From contig JAXGPF010000012.1 of NCBI GenBank assembly GCA_040767085.1, positions 64,001-128,000 on the forward strand: a DNA stretch of 64,000 nucleotides, in the 5' to 3' direction. The DNA is from Kiritimatiellia bacterium. Its GTDB lineage: Bacteria > Verrucomicrobiota > Kiritimatiellia > JAAZAB01. Below are positions 19,633 to 29,084 of this stretch, piece after piece. The notes beneath the pieces are model-generated. The model searched no databases and was not told the DNA's origin. It saw only the letters and a program-made list of their open reading frames with translations. Made by a program: the position numbers and the translations under genes. Position 1 is the stretch's first letter; each line of letters begins with the position of its first letter.

Positions 19633-20463
19633 ATGAATAATAAATATGCGTTAGGTTGGGTGCCGGATGTTCCGGACGTGCGCGACGTTCCATTTGCCGC
19701 CGTTTTTCGCGTGCCGCGCCGGATGCCGGCGGCCATGGATTTGCGCGCGGGCTGCTCCCCGGTGGAAGATCAGGGCGCTTTGGGCTCCTGCACCGCGCAA
19801 GCCCTGGTTGGCGGATTGGAGTATCTGCAGTTGCGCGTTTGGACGCGCCCGCGCCATCCGGCCGGGCCATCCGCGCGTCATCGGGATTTAAGCCGCCTGT
19901 TTTTATACTACAACACGCGCGCGCTGATGGGAACCATTCGTGAGGATTCGGGCGCCATGTTGCGCACCGGGCTGAAATCGCTGCGCAAGACGGGCGTCTG
20001 CGGCGAGGATTTATGGCCCTACCTGATCGAGCGTTTTGCCGAAGCGCCGCCGCGCAAGTGTTACCAGGCGGCGTTGGCTTGCCGGGTCCAGGCCTACCAG
20101 CGCCTGGCCAGTCTGGCGGAAATGAAAGCCTGCCTGGCGGAGGGGTTGCCGTTTGTTTTCGGTTTTGCGGTTTACGAGCATGTGATGGATGCCGCCACCG
20201 CGCGCACCGGCCGGATCCGGCTGCCGCGCCGGCAGGAGCGGATGCTGGGCGGACACGCCGTGCTGGCCGTCGGGTATCGCGACCGGGATCGCACGCTGAT
20301 TTTCCGGAATTCCTGGGGCGCGCCATGGGGCGATGCCGGCTATGGCGAAATCCCGTATGCCTACTTGGAAAGCCGCGAACTTTCCGATGACTTCTGGTGC
20401 ATCCAATCCGCTTGCGGCGCAGGCGGACAGACGCGGCCGGGACGGAGGGTTGCCCGTCCATGA
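19633..20463 (+). CDS. Papain-like C1A cysteine peptidase
   Basis: GWVPDVPD, DQGALGSCTAQA (catalytic Cys), GGHAVLAVGY (His), RNSWG (Asn). Confidence 0.92.
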   Translation: MNNKYALGWVPDVPDVRDVPFAAVFRVPRRMPAAMDLRAGCSPVEDQGALGSCTAQALVGGLEYLQLRVWTRPRHPAGPSARHRDLSRLFLYYNTRALMGTIREDSGAMLRTGLKSLRKTGVCGEDLWPYLIERFAEAPPRKCYQAALACRVQAYQRLASLAEMKACLAEGLPFVFGFAVYEHVMDAATARTGRIRLPRRQERMLGGHAVLAVGYRDRDRTLIFRNSWGAPWGDAGYGEIPYAYLESRELSDDFWCIQSACGAGGQTRPGRRVARP

Positions 20464-21689
20464 TGCTGGTGTTTTCGGGGCTGGTGTTGTTGGCCGTGCT
20501 GCTGGCGCTTTCCGCCTTTTTTTCAAGCGCGGAGACGGCGTTCTTTTCGCTCAATCCGATGCAGATTCACCGGATCCGCCGCGTGCATCCACGAGCGGCC
20601 CGCGAGATTGAGGCGCTGCTGGGCGCGCCCACGCAATTGCTTTCCAGCATCCTGATCGGCAACACCCTGGTCAATATGGCTTGCGCCGCGGTTGGCTATG
20701 GGGTATGCGAATGGTTCTGGCCCGGGCGGGGCACGGCCATCTCGATCCCGGCCATGACCTTTCTCCTGATCGTCTTCGGCGAAATCAGTCCCAAGCGCCT
20801 GGCCGTGCGGTTCCCGGAGAAATTGGCGGTGGTTTACCGCCGGCCTTTGAACATCACCATCTGGCTGATGACACCCCTGCGCCTGTTGATCGAGTGGGTT
20901 ACCAGCCGCCTGCAATCGCATTTCCGCCCGCATCGGCCGGTTTTGACCGGCGAGGAACTGCTGACGGCGGTGGACGTCAGCCATGAAGACGGCGCGTTGA
21001 ATACCGAAGAGCGGCTGATGGTGGACGGCATTATCCGCCTGGAAGACATTCAAGCCAAGGATGTCATGACGCCCCGCGTGGATTTGATCGGGGTGGACCT
21101 GGATGACGATCCCGCCGTGCAGGAACAAACCGCCCGCCGGTCGCATTTCCGGTATCTGCCGGTGTACCAGGACAGCCTGGACGAGATTGTCGGTTTTCTG
21201 GATGTGCCGCGTTATTTGCTCGATCCGGCGCGCGATTTGAACGCCGCCACCATCCCGCATTTTTACGTGCCGGACACCGCCCCGCTGGATACTCTGCTGA
21301 CCAGTTTCCAGCAACAGCGGCGGCGGATCGCCATCGTCATTGACGAATACGGCGGCACGGCCGGGATGATTACCCGCGGCGACATCCTGGATGAAATCGT
21401 GGAGTCGGTGGACAACGAGTTCGGCGGCCAGCCCGCGGGCATCCAAACCATGGGCGATAATTGCTGGCTGATTCACGGCAATATCAGCCTGGAGGACATC
21501 AATTACGAACTTGACCTGGAACTGGAAGCCGAGGGCGCCGACCGCCTGGCCGGCTGGGTGACGGCCCGGGCGGAACATATTCCCAGGGTCGGCGAAGTCG
21601 TGGCGGCCCAGGGTTGCCGGGTGACGGTCCGCCAGATGAAAAAACACCGCATCACCATGCTGATGCTTGAAAAAATCGAATCCGATTGA
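20460..21689 (+). CDS. CNNM/HlyC-CorC family Mg/Co transporter (DUF21 + CBS + CorC)
   Basis: SAFFSSAETA, GEISPK, VMTPR, DEYGGTAG, C-terminal CorC domain; ATGA overlap with upstream gene. Confidence 0.9.
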   Translation: MMLVFSGLVLLAVLLALSAFFSSAETAFFSLNPMQIHRIRRVHPRAAREIEALLGAPTQLLSSILIGNTLVNMACAAVGYGVCEWFWPGRGTAISIPAMTFLLIVFGEISPKRLAVRFPEKLAVVYRRPLNITIWLMTPLRLLIEWVTSRLQSHFRPHRPVLTGEELLTAVDVSHEDGALNTEERLMVDGIIRLEDIQAKDVMTPRVDLIGVDLDDDPAVQEQTARRSHFRYLPVYQDSLDEIVGFLDVPRYLLDPARDLNAATIPHFYVPDTAPLDTLLTSFQQQRRRIAIVIDEYGGTAGMITRGDILDEIVESVDNEFGGQPAGIQTMGDNCWLIHGNISLEDINYELDLELEAEGADRLAGWVTARAEHIPRVGEVVAAQGCRVTVRQMKKHRITMLMLEKIESD

Positions 21690-21698
21690 CGCACCGGT

Positions 21699-22685
21699 AT
21701 GTTCATCCTTGAAATATTTCTGCTGCTTCTGTGCCTGGTGTGGGCCGCGTTCTTTGCCGGCATTGAAACTGGTGTGATTTCCATCAACCATTTAAAATTG
21801 CGCCACCTGGCGGAGGAGGAAGAAGACCGTCGCGCTCAATTGCTCGAACGCTTTCTCGCCAATCCCGACCGCCTGCTGGGCACCACGCTGGTAGGTGTCA
21901 ACATCTGTATGGTGGGAGCATCGGTCCTGGGCGCGCGCCTGGGGCATGGCCTGCCGGGCCGCGGCGGCGAGATTTTTACGGAAGCCCTGACGACCATGGT
22001 GGTTTTGATTTGCTGCGAGTATCTGCCCAAGGCGTGGCTTCAAAGCAATCCCATCGCGCGCTGCCGGCCGTTCGCCGGCGTATTGTGGGGCGCTTCGCTG
22101 GTGTTGAAGCCGCTGGCGGATTTTTTCAACTGGTTGACGATGTTTTTGCTGCGCGGCCTGCCCGCGGGGAAGGCGCAAGGCCTCCCGGTGGTCACGCGCG
22201 AAGAAATTGACATCCTGGCGAAAGAAAGCGCCGAACACGGCAATCTGACGCCCAAGCAGCGCATTATGATCCATCGCGTGGTGGACCTGGCCGGCAAAAA
22301 CGCCGCGCAGATCATGGCGCCCCGGGAGCGCATGGTGTTCATTGACAGCCAGGCAACGGCGGAGGAGTTTTTAACCCGGTCGCGCGGGTCCAACTTCACC
22401 CGGTTGCCGGTGTATGACCGGACGCGCGGAGTGTTTGTCGGCATCGCCAATCTGTTCGATGTGCTGGCCGCTCCGGCTGCCCGCTATGCCGAGCCGATTA
22501 CCCGGTTTATGCGGCCGCCGCAATTCCTGCGCGATACGACGCCCCTGACGGAAGTCCTGCCCCGGCTGCGCCGTTCGCGCCAGCCGCTGGCCCTGGTGGC
22601 TAACGCCCGGACGGAAGTCATCGGCCTGCTGACCACGGAAGACGTCCTGCGCCTGATTATCGGCGTGGATGATCCGGCGCAATAA
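21699..22685 (+). CDS. CNNM/CBS domain protein (DUF21 + CBS, no CorC domain)
   Basis: FFAGIETG, EYLPK, FTRLPVY, GLLTTEDVL. Confidence 0.85.
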   Translation: MFILEIFLLLLCLVWAAFFAGIETGVISINHLKLRHLAEEEEDRRAQLLERFLANPDRLLGTTLVGVNICMVGASVLGARLGHGLPGRGGEIFTEALTTMVVLICCEYLPKAWLQSNPIARCRPFAGVLWGASLVLKPLADFFNWLTMFLLRGLPAGKAQGLPVVTREEIDILAKESAEHGNLTPKQRIMIHRVVDLAGKNAAQIMAPRERMVFIDSQATAEEFLTRSRGSNFTRLPVYDRTRGVFVGIANLFDVLAAPAARYAEPITRFMRPPQFLRDTTPLTEVLPRLRRSRQPLALVANARTEVIGLLTTEDVLRLIIGVDDPAQ

Positions 22686-22710
22686 GCGGCCCGGCTGCGC
22701 GCGGCCGGTT

Positions 22711-24414
22711 TCAACCCGCGCCGGCCTTGCCGGATTCCCGGGCCCAGCCGTCCCGCAGGGTCGCCGTCCGGTTAAAGACTGGCGCCCCCGGCCGGCTGTC
22801 CGCCGGATCGGTGAAAAAGTACCCCAGGCGTTCAAACTGGTAATGCGCGCCCGGCCCGGCCTGGGCCAGCCCCGGTTCGCACATGGCGGTAACCTTCTGC
22901 AGCGAAGCGGGATTCAGTACCCGGCGGAAATCTCCGCCGGCGGCGGCTTCGTCGGCGGGATCGGGCACGGTGAACAGCCGATCATAAAGCCGGGCTTCCA
23001 GCGGACGGGCGTGGAGCTGGGAAACCCAATGCAGGGTGGCCTTGACCTTTTTATTGCGCTTGGCGCCGGCGCCGCTGCGGGAATCGGGATCGTAAACGCA
23101 ATGCACTTCCGCCGGCTCGCCGGTGGCGGGGTCTTTCACCACGCCGGTGCACTCGACGCAATAGCCGTAACGCAGCCGCACCGCGCGGCCCGGCGCCAGC
23201 CGGTAAAATCCGGACGGCGGATTTTCCATGAAATCATCCCGTTCGATCAGCAGTTCCCGGCTGAACGGCACCGGCCGGACGCCCTGGGCGGGGTCTTCCG
23301 GGTTGTTGACGGCCTCCATGTTTTCCACCCGGCCGGCGGGGTAGTTCTCGATCACGAGGCGCAGCGGGCGCAGCACGGCCATGGCGCGCGCGGCGCGGCG
23401 GTTCAAATCGTCGCGCAGGCAATGTTCCAGCAGCGCCACGTCCGTCAGACTGTTGAATTTGGTGACGCCGATGCGCCGGCAGAATTCCCGGATGGCGGCC
23501 GGGGTGTAGCCGCGCCGGCGCAGTCCGGCCAGGGTCGGCATACGCGGATCGTCCCAACCCTGCACGAGGCCCTCCTGGACGAGCAGCTGCAGCTTGCGTT
23601 TGCTCATCAGCGTATATGACAGGTTCAACCGGGCGAATTCGATCTGCTGGGGATGGCAGGGGGTGGCGAGGGCGTCCAGAATCCAGTCATAAAGCGGGCG
23701 GTGGACTTCGAATTCGAGGGTGCAGATGGAGTGGGTGATGCCCTCGACGGCATCGGACAGGCAGTGGGCGAAATCGTACATGGGGTAAATGCACCAGGTG
23801 TCGCCGGTGCGGTGATGCGGCGCGCGGCGGATGCGGTAAATCACCGGATCGCGCAGGTGCAGATTGGGGGAGGCCATGTCGATTTTCGCGCGCAGAACGT
23901 ACTGGCCGTCCGCGAATTCGCCGGCCTTCATCCGGCGGAACAAGTCCAGGCTTTCCGCCGGCGGCCGGTCGCGCCACGGACTGGGCCGGCCGGGCTGGGT
24001 CGGCACGCCGCGGTAGGCTTTGAATTCCTCGGCCGTCAGGGTGCAGACATAGGCCCGGCCGAGTTGGATCAGGCGTTCGGCGCAATCATACAGGTGCTGG
24101 TAATAGTCGGAGGCGAAATGCAGGTGTTCCCCCCAGTCGAATCCCAGCCACCGGATGTCCGCCTGGATGGCGTCCACGTATTCCACGTCCTCGGTGGCGG
24201 GATTGGTGTCGTCAAACCGCAGGTGGCAGCGTCCGCGGAATTCCTCCGCCAGGCCGAAATTCATGCAGATGGACTTGGCATGGCCGATGTGCAGGTACCC
24301 GTTGGGTTCGGGCGGGAAGCGCGTGACCACCTGCCCGCCATGCTTGTTGGCGCGCAAATCGGCGGCGATGATGTCTTTGATAAAATGGCTGGCGGTGTCA
24401 GTGTCAGTGGTCAT
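22711..24414 (-). CDS. glnS: Glutamine--tRNA ligase
   Basis: [41 protein letters not shown]. Confidence 0.96.
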   Translation of the reverse strand: MTTDTDTASHFIKDIIAADLRANKHGGQVVTRFPPEPNGYLHIGHAKSICMNFGLAEEFRGRCHLRFDDTNPATEDVEYVDAIQADIRWLGFDWGEHLHFASDYYQHLYDCAERLIQLGRAYVCTLTAEEFKAYRGVPTQPGRPSPWRDRPPAESLDLFRRMKAGEFADGQYVLRAKIDMASPNLHLRDPVIYRIRRAPHHRTGDTWCIYPMYDFAHCLSDAVEGITHSICTLEFEVHRPLYDWILDALATPCHPQQIEFARLNLSYTLMSKRKLQLLVQEGLVQGWDDPRMPTLAGLRRRGYTPAAIREFCRRIGVTKFNSLTDVALLEHCLRDDLNRRAARAMAVLRPLRLVIENYPAGRVENMEAVNNPEDPAQGVRPVPFSRELLIERDDFMENPPSGFYRLAPGRAVRLRYGYCVECTGVVKDPATGEPAEVHCVYDPDSRSGAGAKRNKKVKATLHWVSQLHARPLEARLYDRLFTVPDPADEAAAGGDFRRVLNPASLQKVTAMCEPGLAQAGPGAHYQFERLGYFFTDPADSRPGAPVFNRTATLRDGWARESGKAGAG

Positions 24415-24478
24415 GGTAAAGGGTGTCTCTTTCAAAAGAGTTCAGTGTTGGATGGGCGTTTGATTGCGCCGGCGCCCG

Positions 24479-26005
24479 TTAATCCGCGGCGCCGTAAGCG
24501 GCGCGGTAGGATTTTTCCAGGTCTTTCAGTTGTTTGCCCTTGAGCGCGATCCCCTGGGTTTCCAGGGTTTCCAGCGCGTAATGCAGGCGGCGCAGGGTCA
24601 GGTCGCGGCCCAGCAGAGCCATGGCGTCGAACGCCGGGAGCGCCGCCGGCGCACCGGCCAGCGCCGCGTAGAAAACAGGCATGATCTGCTTCAGTTTCAT
24701 TTTTTCGATTTCAGCGATCCGGTTGAAAACGCCGCGGATGGCGTCCGTGTTCCAGGCGGGCGGCTTTTCCAGTTCCCACTGGGCGGTTTTCAGCAGGCGC
24801 GCCACGCCGGGCCCGTCCAAGCCGCCGGAACTTTGCACCAGCAGGGCCGGGGGGTAATCCAGGCGGTCGGCAAACAGGAAGGCGGCCTGGGGCACAAAAT
24901 CGGCCAACTGGTTCAGGCGCGGTTGGGCCAGGGGAATGATGTTCTGCCAATAGGCATCGTTCAACAGCCAGGCTTGCAGGCGCTGCCATAGTGCCGCCGG
25001 CGCCAGGCTGCGCAGGTAGCGGCCGTTGAAGTGCTGGAGTTTCTGGAAATCGAAAACCGGTCCGCCCAGGCTGATGCGGTCAATCTCAAAATGCTCCGCC
25101 ATTTCCGCGAGCGTGAAAATTTCGCGGCCGTCGGCGAAGCTGTAAGCCATGAGCCCCAGGTAATTGATCAGCGCTTCCGGCAGGAAGCCCGCCTGCCGGT
25201 AATACAGGATGCTGGTGGGATTGCGGCGCTTGGAGAGCTTGGACTTGTCCGGGTTGCGCAGGAGGGGAAGATGGGCGAATTCCGGCGGCGTCCAGCCGAA
25301 GGCCTGGTAAAGCAGGATATGCTTCGGCAGCGAGCTCAGCCATTCTTCGCCGCGGATGACATGGGTGATGCCCATCAAATGATCGTCCACGACATTGGCC
25401 AGGTGGTAAGTCGGGTAGCCGTCCGATTTGAGCAGCACCTGGTGGTCCACCTTGGCCCAGGGAATGCGGATTTCGCCCCGCAGGCGATCGCGCATCGCGC
25501 ATTCGCCGTCCGCCGGGACGCGCAGGCGGAGGACATGCGGTTCCCCCGCCGACAGCCGGCGCGCGGCATCCGCTGGCGCCAGCCGGGCGCACAATCCGTC
25601 GTATCCGGCGCAGTCGGCGCCGGCCTGGCTCCGCCGCAGTTCCGCCAGGCGCTCCGCGGTGCAGAAACAGGGGTAGGCCGCGCCCGCGGCCAGCAGCCGC
25701 CGGCCGTGTTCCAGGTAAATCCGCGTGCGTTCGCTCTGGCGGTAGGGCGCGTGCGGTCCGCCGCAGTCGGGGCCTTCATCCCAGGGAATGCCCAGCCAGC
25801 GGAGCGATGCCAGAATGGCCTGTTCCGATTCGGCGGTCGAACGCGCCTGGTCGGTGTCTTCCACGCGCAGGATGAACTGGCCGCCATGCCGTTTGGCGAA
25901 AGCGTAGTTAAACAGGGCCATGAAAGCCGTGCCGATATGGGGCGCGCCGGTGGGCGAAGGCGCCACGCGGGTCCGGACAGTTGGCTGGTTGTTCTGGGTA
26001 TGCAT
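24479..26005 (-). CDS. gltX: Glutamate--tRNA ligase
   Basis: APSPTGAPHIG, RVEDTD, PYRQSER, PTYHLANVVDDH, KLSKR. Confidence 0.96.
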   Translation of the reverse strand: MHTQNNQPTVRTRVAPSPTGAPHIGTAFMALFNYAFAKRHGGQFILRVEDTDQARSTAESEQAILASLRWLGIPWDEGPDCGGPHAPYRQSERTRIYLEHGRRLLAAGAAYPCFCTAERLAELRRSQAGADCAGYDGLCARLAPADAARRLSAGEPHVLRLRVPADGECAMRDRLRGEIRIPWAKVDHQVLLKSDGYPTYHLANVVDDHLMGITHVIRGEEWLSSLPKHILLYQAFGWTPPEFAHLPLLRNPDKSKLSKRRNPTSILYYRQAGFLPEALINYLGLMAYSFADGREIFTLAEMAEHFEIDRISLGGPVFDFQKLQHFNGRYLRSLAPAALWQRLQAWLLNDAYWQNIIPLAQPRLNQLADFVPQAAFLFADRLDYPPALLVQSSGGLDGPGVARLLKTAQWELEKPPAWNTDAIRGVFNRIAEIEKMKLKQIMPVFYAALAGAPAALPAFDAMALLGRDLTLRRLHYALETLETQGIALKGKQLKDLEKSYRAAYGAAD

Positions 26006-26015
26006 GAGACGCGGT

Positions 26016-26057
26016 AAAAAAACAGCGCCGCCGGCGTAATCCGCTCCGGCGACGCTG
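26016..26057 (-). terminator. Putative intrinsic terminator just upstream of gltX
   Basis: Minus strand: cagcgtcgccgg-loop-ccggcggcgctg followed by T7. Confidence 0.55.
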
Positions 26058-26104
26058 GGCCAATGCCAGTTAAATCATAAGAGCCGGCGGCGGCTCGGAG
26101 CGCG

Positions 26105-26584
26105 CTATTTCACCGGGGCGGCCGGCGCGGGCGCGGCTTCTTCCTTGACCGCGGGCGCGGGTTCGACAGGCTTGGCGGCTTCCTGGGGCGCTGCCGTTTC
26201 CGCGGCCGGCGCGGGCGCCGCGGCGGCCGCCGGGGCAACTTCCTCGGGTTTGGCGGCCGCGATGGTTTCCACGTTCTTCACCGTGATCCAGCGCCGGTTC
26301 TGATCGTCAAAGCTGAAAGTGCCGGAAACGCGGACCTTGGCCCCGTCCATGGTTTCCAGGGGTTTGCTGGCTTCATCGAGGGTGATCTCATAACTGGTGA
26401 CAACCAGGCGGATGGCGCTTACCTTGCCGTCCTTGTCCTTGACAACGTTGACCACCCCGCTTTTCCGCACATCAAAGGGAATCCGCTGCTCGGCCCCGCC
26501 GGCGGCGGCTTCCTGCGCGCGGACCGCGGCGCAGCTTATCAGGATGGCAGTGGCGGCGCTGACGATTTTTGCGGATGCACGCAT
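26105..26584 (-). CDS. Hypothetical secreted protein with Ala/Pro/Glu-rich tail
   Basis: AAGGAG RBS, signal peptide ending AVRA-Q, beta-rich core, low-complexity C-terminus. Confidence 0.7.
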   Translation of the reverse strand: MRASAKIVSAATAILISCAAVRAQEAAAGGAEQRIPFDVRKSGVVNVVKDKDGKVSAIRLVVTSYEITLDEASKPLETMDGAKVRVSGTFSFDDQNRRWITVKNVETIAAAKPEEVAPAAAAAPAPAAETAAPQEAAKPVEPAPAVKEEAAPAPAAPVK

Positions 26585-26728
26585 GGGAGACTCCTTAATA
26601 AAGTTAATGGTGCGGTTGTCTGTGCGATCAGGCCGGAATCCCGGCAAAATCAGCAGACAGTATAACCGATTTGCCCGCCGCGTCAATCAGATTGCACCGG
26701 TTTTTTGCAAGGCGTCCGCCCGGGGCGT

Positions 26729-26770
26729 AAAAAAGGCATAGCCGGAATTCCGGGCCATTCCGGCTATGCC
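26729..26770 (-). terminator. Intrinsic terminator of the oxidative-stress operon
   Basis: 14-bp stem ggcatagccggaat/attccggctatgcc followed by a T-run on the minus strand. Confidence 0.75.
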
Positions 26771-26794
26771 GATAATCAGCGATTGATGCCGGGC

Positions 26795-27481
26795 TTACTT
26801 CCCGTGCGGACATTTTTTCAGGCACAGAAACCAATCCAGGCACTTGACATCCGCCCCGGCCTGGTGCATGCGTTCCTTGGCCGCGCCGCAGGATCCGGGC
26901 GGCGGCACGATCACGTCCTCGCCGGGCACCCAGTTGGCGGGCGTCGCGATCTTGTGCTGATCGGAATGCTGCATGGCCACCAGCAGGCGTTTGACTTCTT
27001 CCATGTTGCGCCCGTTGGAAAGCGGGTAGTAAAGGATGGCGCGCACCTTGCCGGTGGGATCGATCATGAACACCGCCCGCACCGCCTGGGTGTTGCTCGC
27101 GCCGGGCTGAAGCATGCCGAAGGCTTTGGAAACTTCCATGGTCAGGTCGCTGATGACCGGGAAATTGACCTCGATGTTCTTCATGCCCTTGTATTCGATT
27201 TTTTCCTTGATGGTGCGCAGCCAGGCGATGTGGCTGTAGGTGCTGTCAATCGAAAGGCCCAGCAGCTTGCAGTTGAGCTTCTCGAATTCCGGCTCCATGG
27301 CGGCGAAAGTCATGAACTCCGTCGTGCAAACCGGCGTGAAATCCGCGGGATGGGAGAAAAATATCACCCACTTGCCCTTGTAATCTTCCGGGAAGTTGAT
27401 CATCCCCTGCGTGGTTTCCGCCTTGAAGGACGGGGCCTGCTCGCCGATCAGCGGCAGCTTAACGGGCGTTGCTTCAGTCAT
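26795..27481 (-). CDS. Peroxiredoxin (Prx6 subfamily)
   Basis: FSHPADFTPVCTTE, YYPLSNGRN, TPANW, C-terminal CLDWFLC. Confidence 0.93.
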   Translation of the reverse strand: MTEATPVKLPLIGEQAPSFKAETTQGMINFPEDYKGKWVIFFSHPADFTPVCTTEFMTFAAMEPEFEKLNCKLLGLSIDSTYSHIAWLRTIKEKIEYKGMKNIEVNFPVISDLTMEVSKAFGMLQPGASNTQAVRAVFMIDPTGKVRAILYYPLSNGRNMEEVKRLLVAMQHSDQHKIATPANWVPGEDVIVPPPGSCGAAKERMHQAGADVKCLDWFLCLKKCPHGK

Positions 27482-27526
27482 AGTCGTGATTCCTTGGTTT
27501 ATTCCAAAGTGTTTTAAAACGGACGG

Positions 27527-28030
27527 TTACTTGGTGTGCATCTGCAGCATGGTTTCCAGGTCTTCCATTTCAGCCTGAAGGTCTTCCTCATGCTCGACCT
27601 CGTCCTGCAATATCTGGAGGACGGTATTGTAAGTTACCGGATCCTTGCCCATGGTCAGGTTCAACAACTTGCGGTAGGTCATAATCGCGCATTGCTCGCC
27701 GGCGATATTCTGCTCCAGCACTTTTTTGACGAACGGATCATCCGGCGCTTCGTAGCCGCAATTGGTATGCTTGTACCAATCTGCCGGCTTGGTGATCGGC
27801 GTCCCGCCCAGCTGCAGGATGCGCATAGCCAGCATGTCGGCATGCCGGAGCTCGTCGGTGGCGTGCTGGGTCAATTCCGCGATGACGGCTTCCTTCATCG
27901 GGCCCTTGACGACCTTGGCGCCGATCCAGTACTGGTAATAAGCCAGCCATTCATCGGCAAAGGCCTTGTTCAGCACCTGCACCAGCTGCGTGACATCCAT
28001 GTCAACTATTTCTCTGCCCTTGGTTCCCAT
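27527..28030 (-). CDS. Ferritin-like (DPSL/bacterioferritin-related) protein
   Basis: ADEWLAYYQYW, DELRHA, RILQLGG, EQCAI, DEVEHEED diiron motifs. Confidence 0.88.
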   Translation of the reverse strand: MGTKGREIVDMDVTQLVQVLNKAFADEWLAYYQYWIGAKVVKGPMKEAVIAELTQHATDELRHADMLAMRILQLGGTPITKPADWYKHTNCGYEAPDDPFVKKVLEQNIAGEQCAIMTYRKLLNLTMGKDPVTYNTVLQILQDEVEHEEDLQAEMEDLETMLQMHTK

Positions 28031-28034
28031 GGTA

Positions 28035-28193
28035 TTATCCTTTCCTTGATGTGTTTTCTTTGACCGCGATCATCGGTTTTTTGCAACAGACCAACTGGCC
28101 GCCGCCGACTTCCAGCACCTGGACGACATTGCCGCAGATTGCGCAGCGCCAGACCTCGCCGACTTTTTTGATTGCTTCAAGTTTGCATGCCAT
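28035..28193 (-). CDS. Stand-alone desulforedoxin (52 aa; not in ORF track)
   Basis: Manual translation: MACKLEAIKKVGEVWRCAICGNVVQVLEVGGGQLVCCKKPMIAVKENTSRKG; CxxC...CC Fe-binding motif; AAAGGA RBS. Confidence 0.88.
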   Translation of the reverse strand: MACKLEAIKKVGEVWRCAICGNVVQVLEVGGGQLVCCKKPMIAVKENTSRKG

Positions 28194-28279
28194 CAGTCAA
28201 TGATCCTTTCAATGCTGCTTGAACGCCGAGGTTGAGTCTCGCCATCGTCACCTCCCCGCTTCCTTTTATTTGGCATTTA

Positions 28280-28308
28280 ATACTAATTAATAATAATTAT
28301 TATTACAA
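28280..28308 (-). promoter_or_regulatory. Sigma70 promoter overlapped by a PerR/Fur-like operator
   Basis: Minus strand TTGTAA-N17-TAGTAT; perfect 18-bp palindrome taataataattattatta at 28288-28305 in the spacer. Confidence 0.75.
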
Positions 28309-28346
28309 GTAAAATTCTTGCGCCCCGGGGAAAACGGCTTTTTTTG

Positions 28347-28793
28347 CTAGCCTGTCGGCAGTTCCTGGCAATGGCGGCACTGTCCGCGAAATTCGATGTG
28401 CACCCGTTCGATCCTGCCGATCGAGGCCAGTTCCGAGGGTATCGCGAAGCGATCCAGAATGGCGGAGTTCAAATCGATGATCTTGCCGCAATGCGCACAG
28501 ATGAAATGGTGGTGGCAATCGGTATTGGCGTCGTACCGGGCCCGGTCGTTAATGGTGGACACCCGGAAAACATTGCCGTTTTCCTCGAAGATCCGCAAGG
28601 TCCTGTAAACCGTATCCAGCGAAATCGCCGGCAGACGCTTGCGCACCCTCTGATAAATGGTTTCCGCATCGGGATGCTCCGTCGTCAGGGATAATTCCCG
28701 CAGGATTTCCCGGCGCTGGCTGGTGGCTTTGAGGCCTTTTTGGCGGCACGCTTTAATAAAATGCTCTACGCGTTTTTTAGTGATTTTTTTCAC
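28347..28793 (-). CDS. Fur-family regulator, PerR-like
   Basis: TSQRREIL, HPDAETIY, TVYRTL, HHHFICAHCG, CRHC Zn motifs; adjacent to peroxide-defence genes. Start uncertain (28793 GTG or 28832). Confidence 0.88.
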   Translation of the reverse strand: MKKITKKRVEHFIKACRQKGLKATSQRREILRELSLTTEHPDAETIYQRVRKRLPAISLDTVYRTLRIFEENGNVFRVSTINDRARYDANTDCHHHFICAHCGKIIDLNSAILDRFAIPSELASIGRIERVHIEFRGQCRHCQELPTG

Positions 28794-28895
28794 AATAAGC
28801 GTTGGATAACAATAATTTAAATGTTTAAACAATATGATATATCAAAAAAACCATTTGTCAATAATCCAATTTAAAAAGTCCTGGCCGGGGTGGCT

Positions 28896-28946
28896 GTGCC
28901 CGCCATAGTTCGCCGCGGCGAACGACGGCCGGGAAGCCGGCCCTCC
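28896..28946. repeat. Palindromic repeat unit (gtgcccgccatag...cgacggc family) fused to a GGAG-type REP-like hairpin
   Basis: Shares arms with 39092-39123; inner perfect palindrome ttcgccgcggcgaa; followed by cggccgggaagccggccctcc. Confidence 0.55.
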
Positions 28947-29084
28947 AAGAACATAAAAACCACAGGTTTTTAGAGGGGCGGATTTACACCCCAACCGTTC
29001 TGTAAGGACTTTTGAAATTAACTCCAATGTCAATTTCAGGTTGCCGCCGCACGTATGTCGCGCGCGTGTCGGGGCGCGCGCGCG

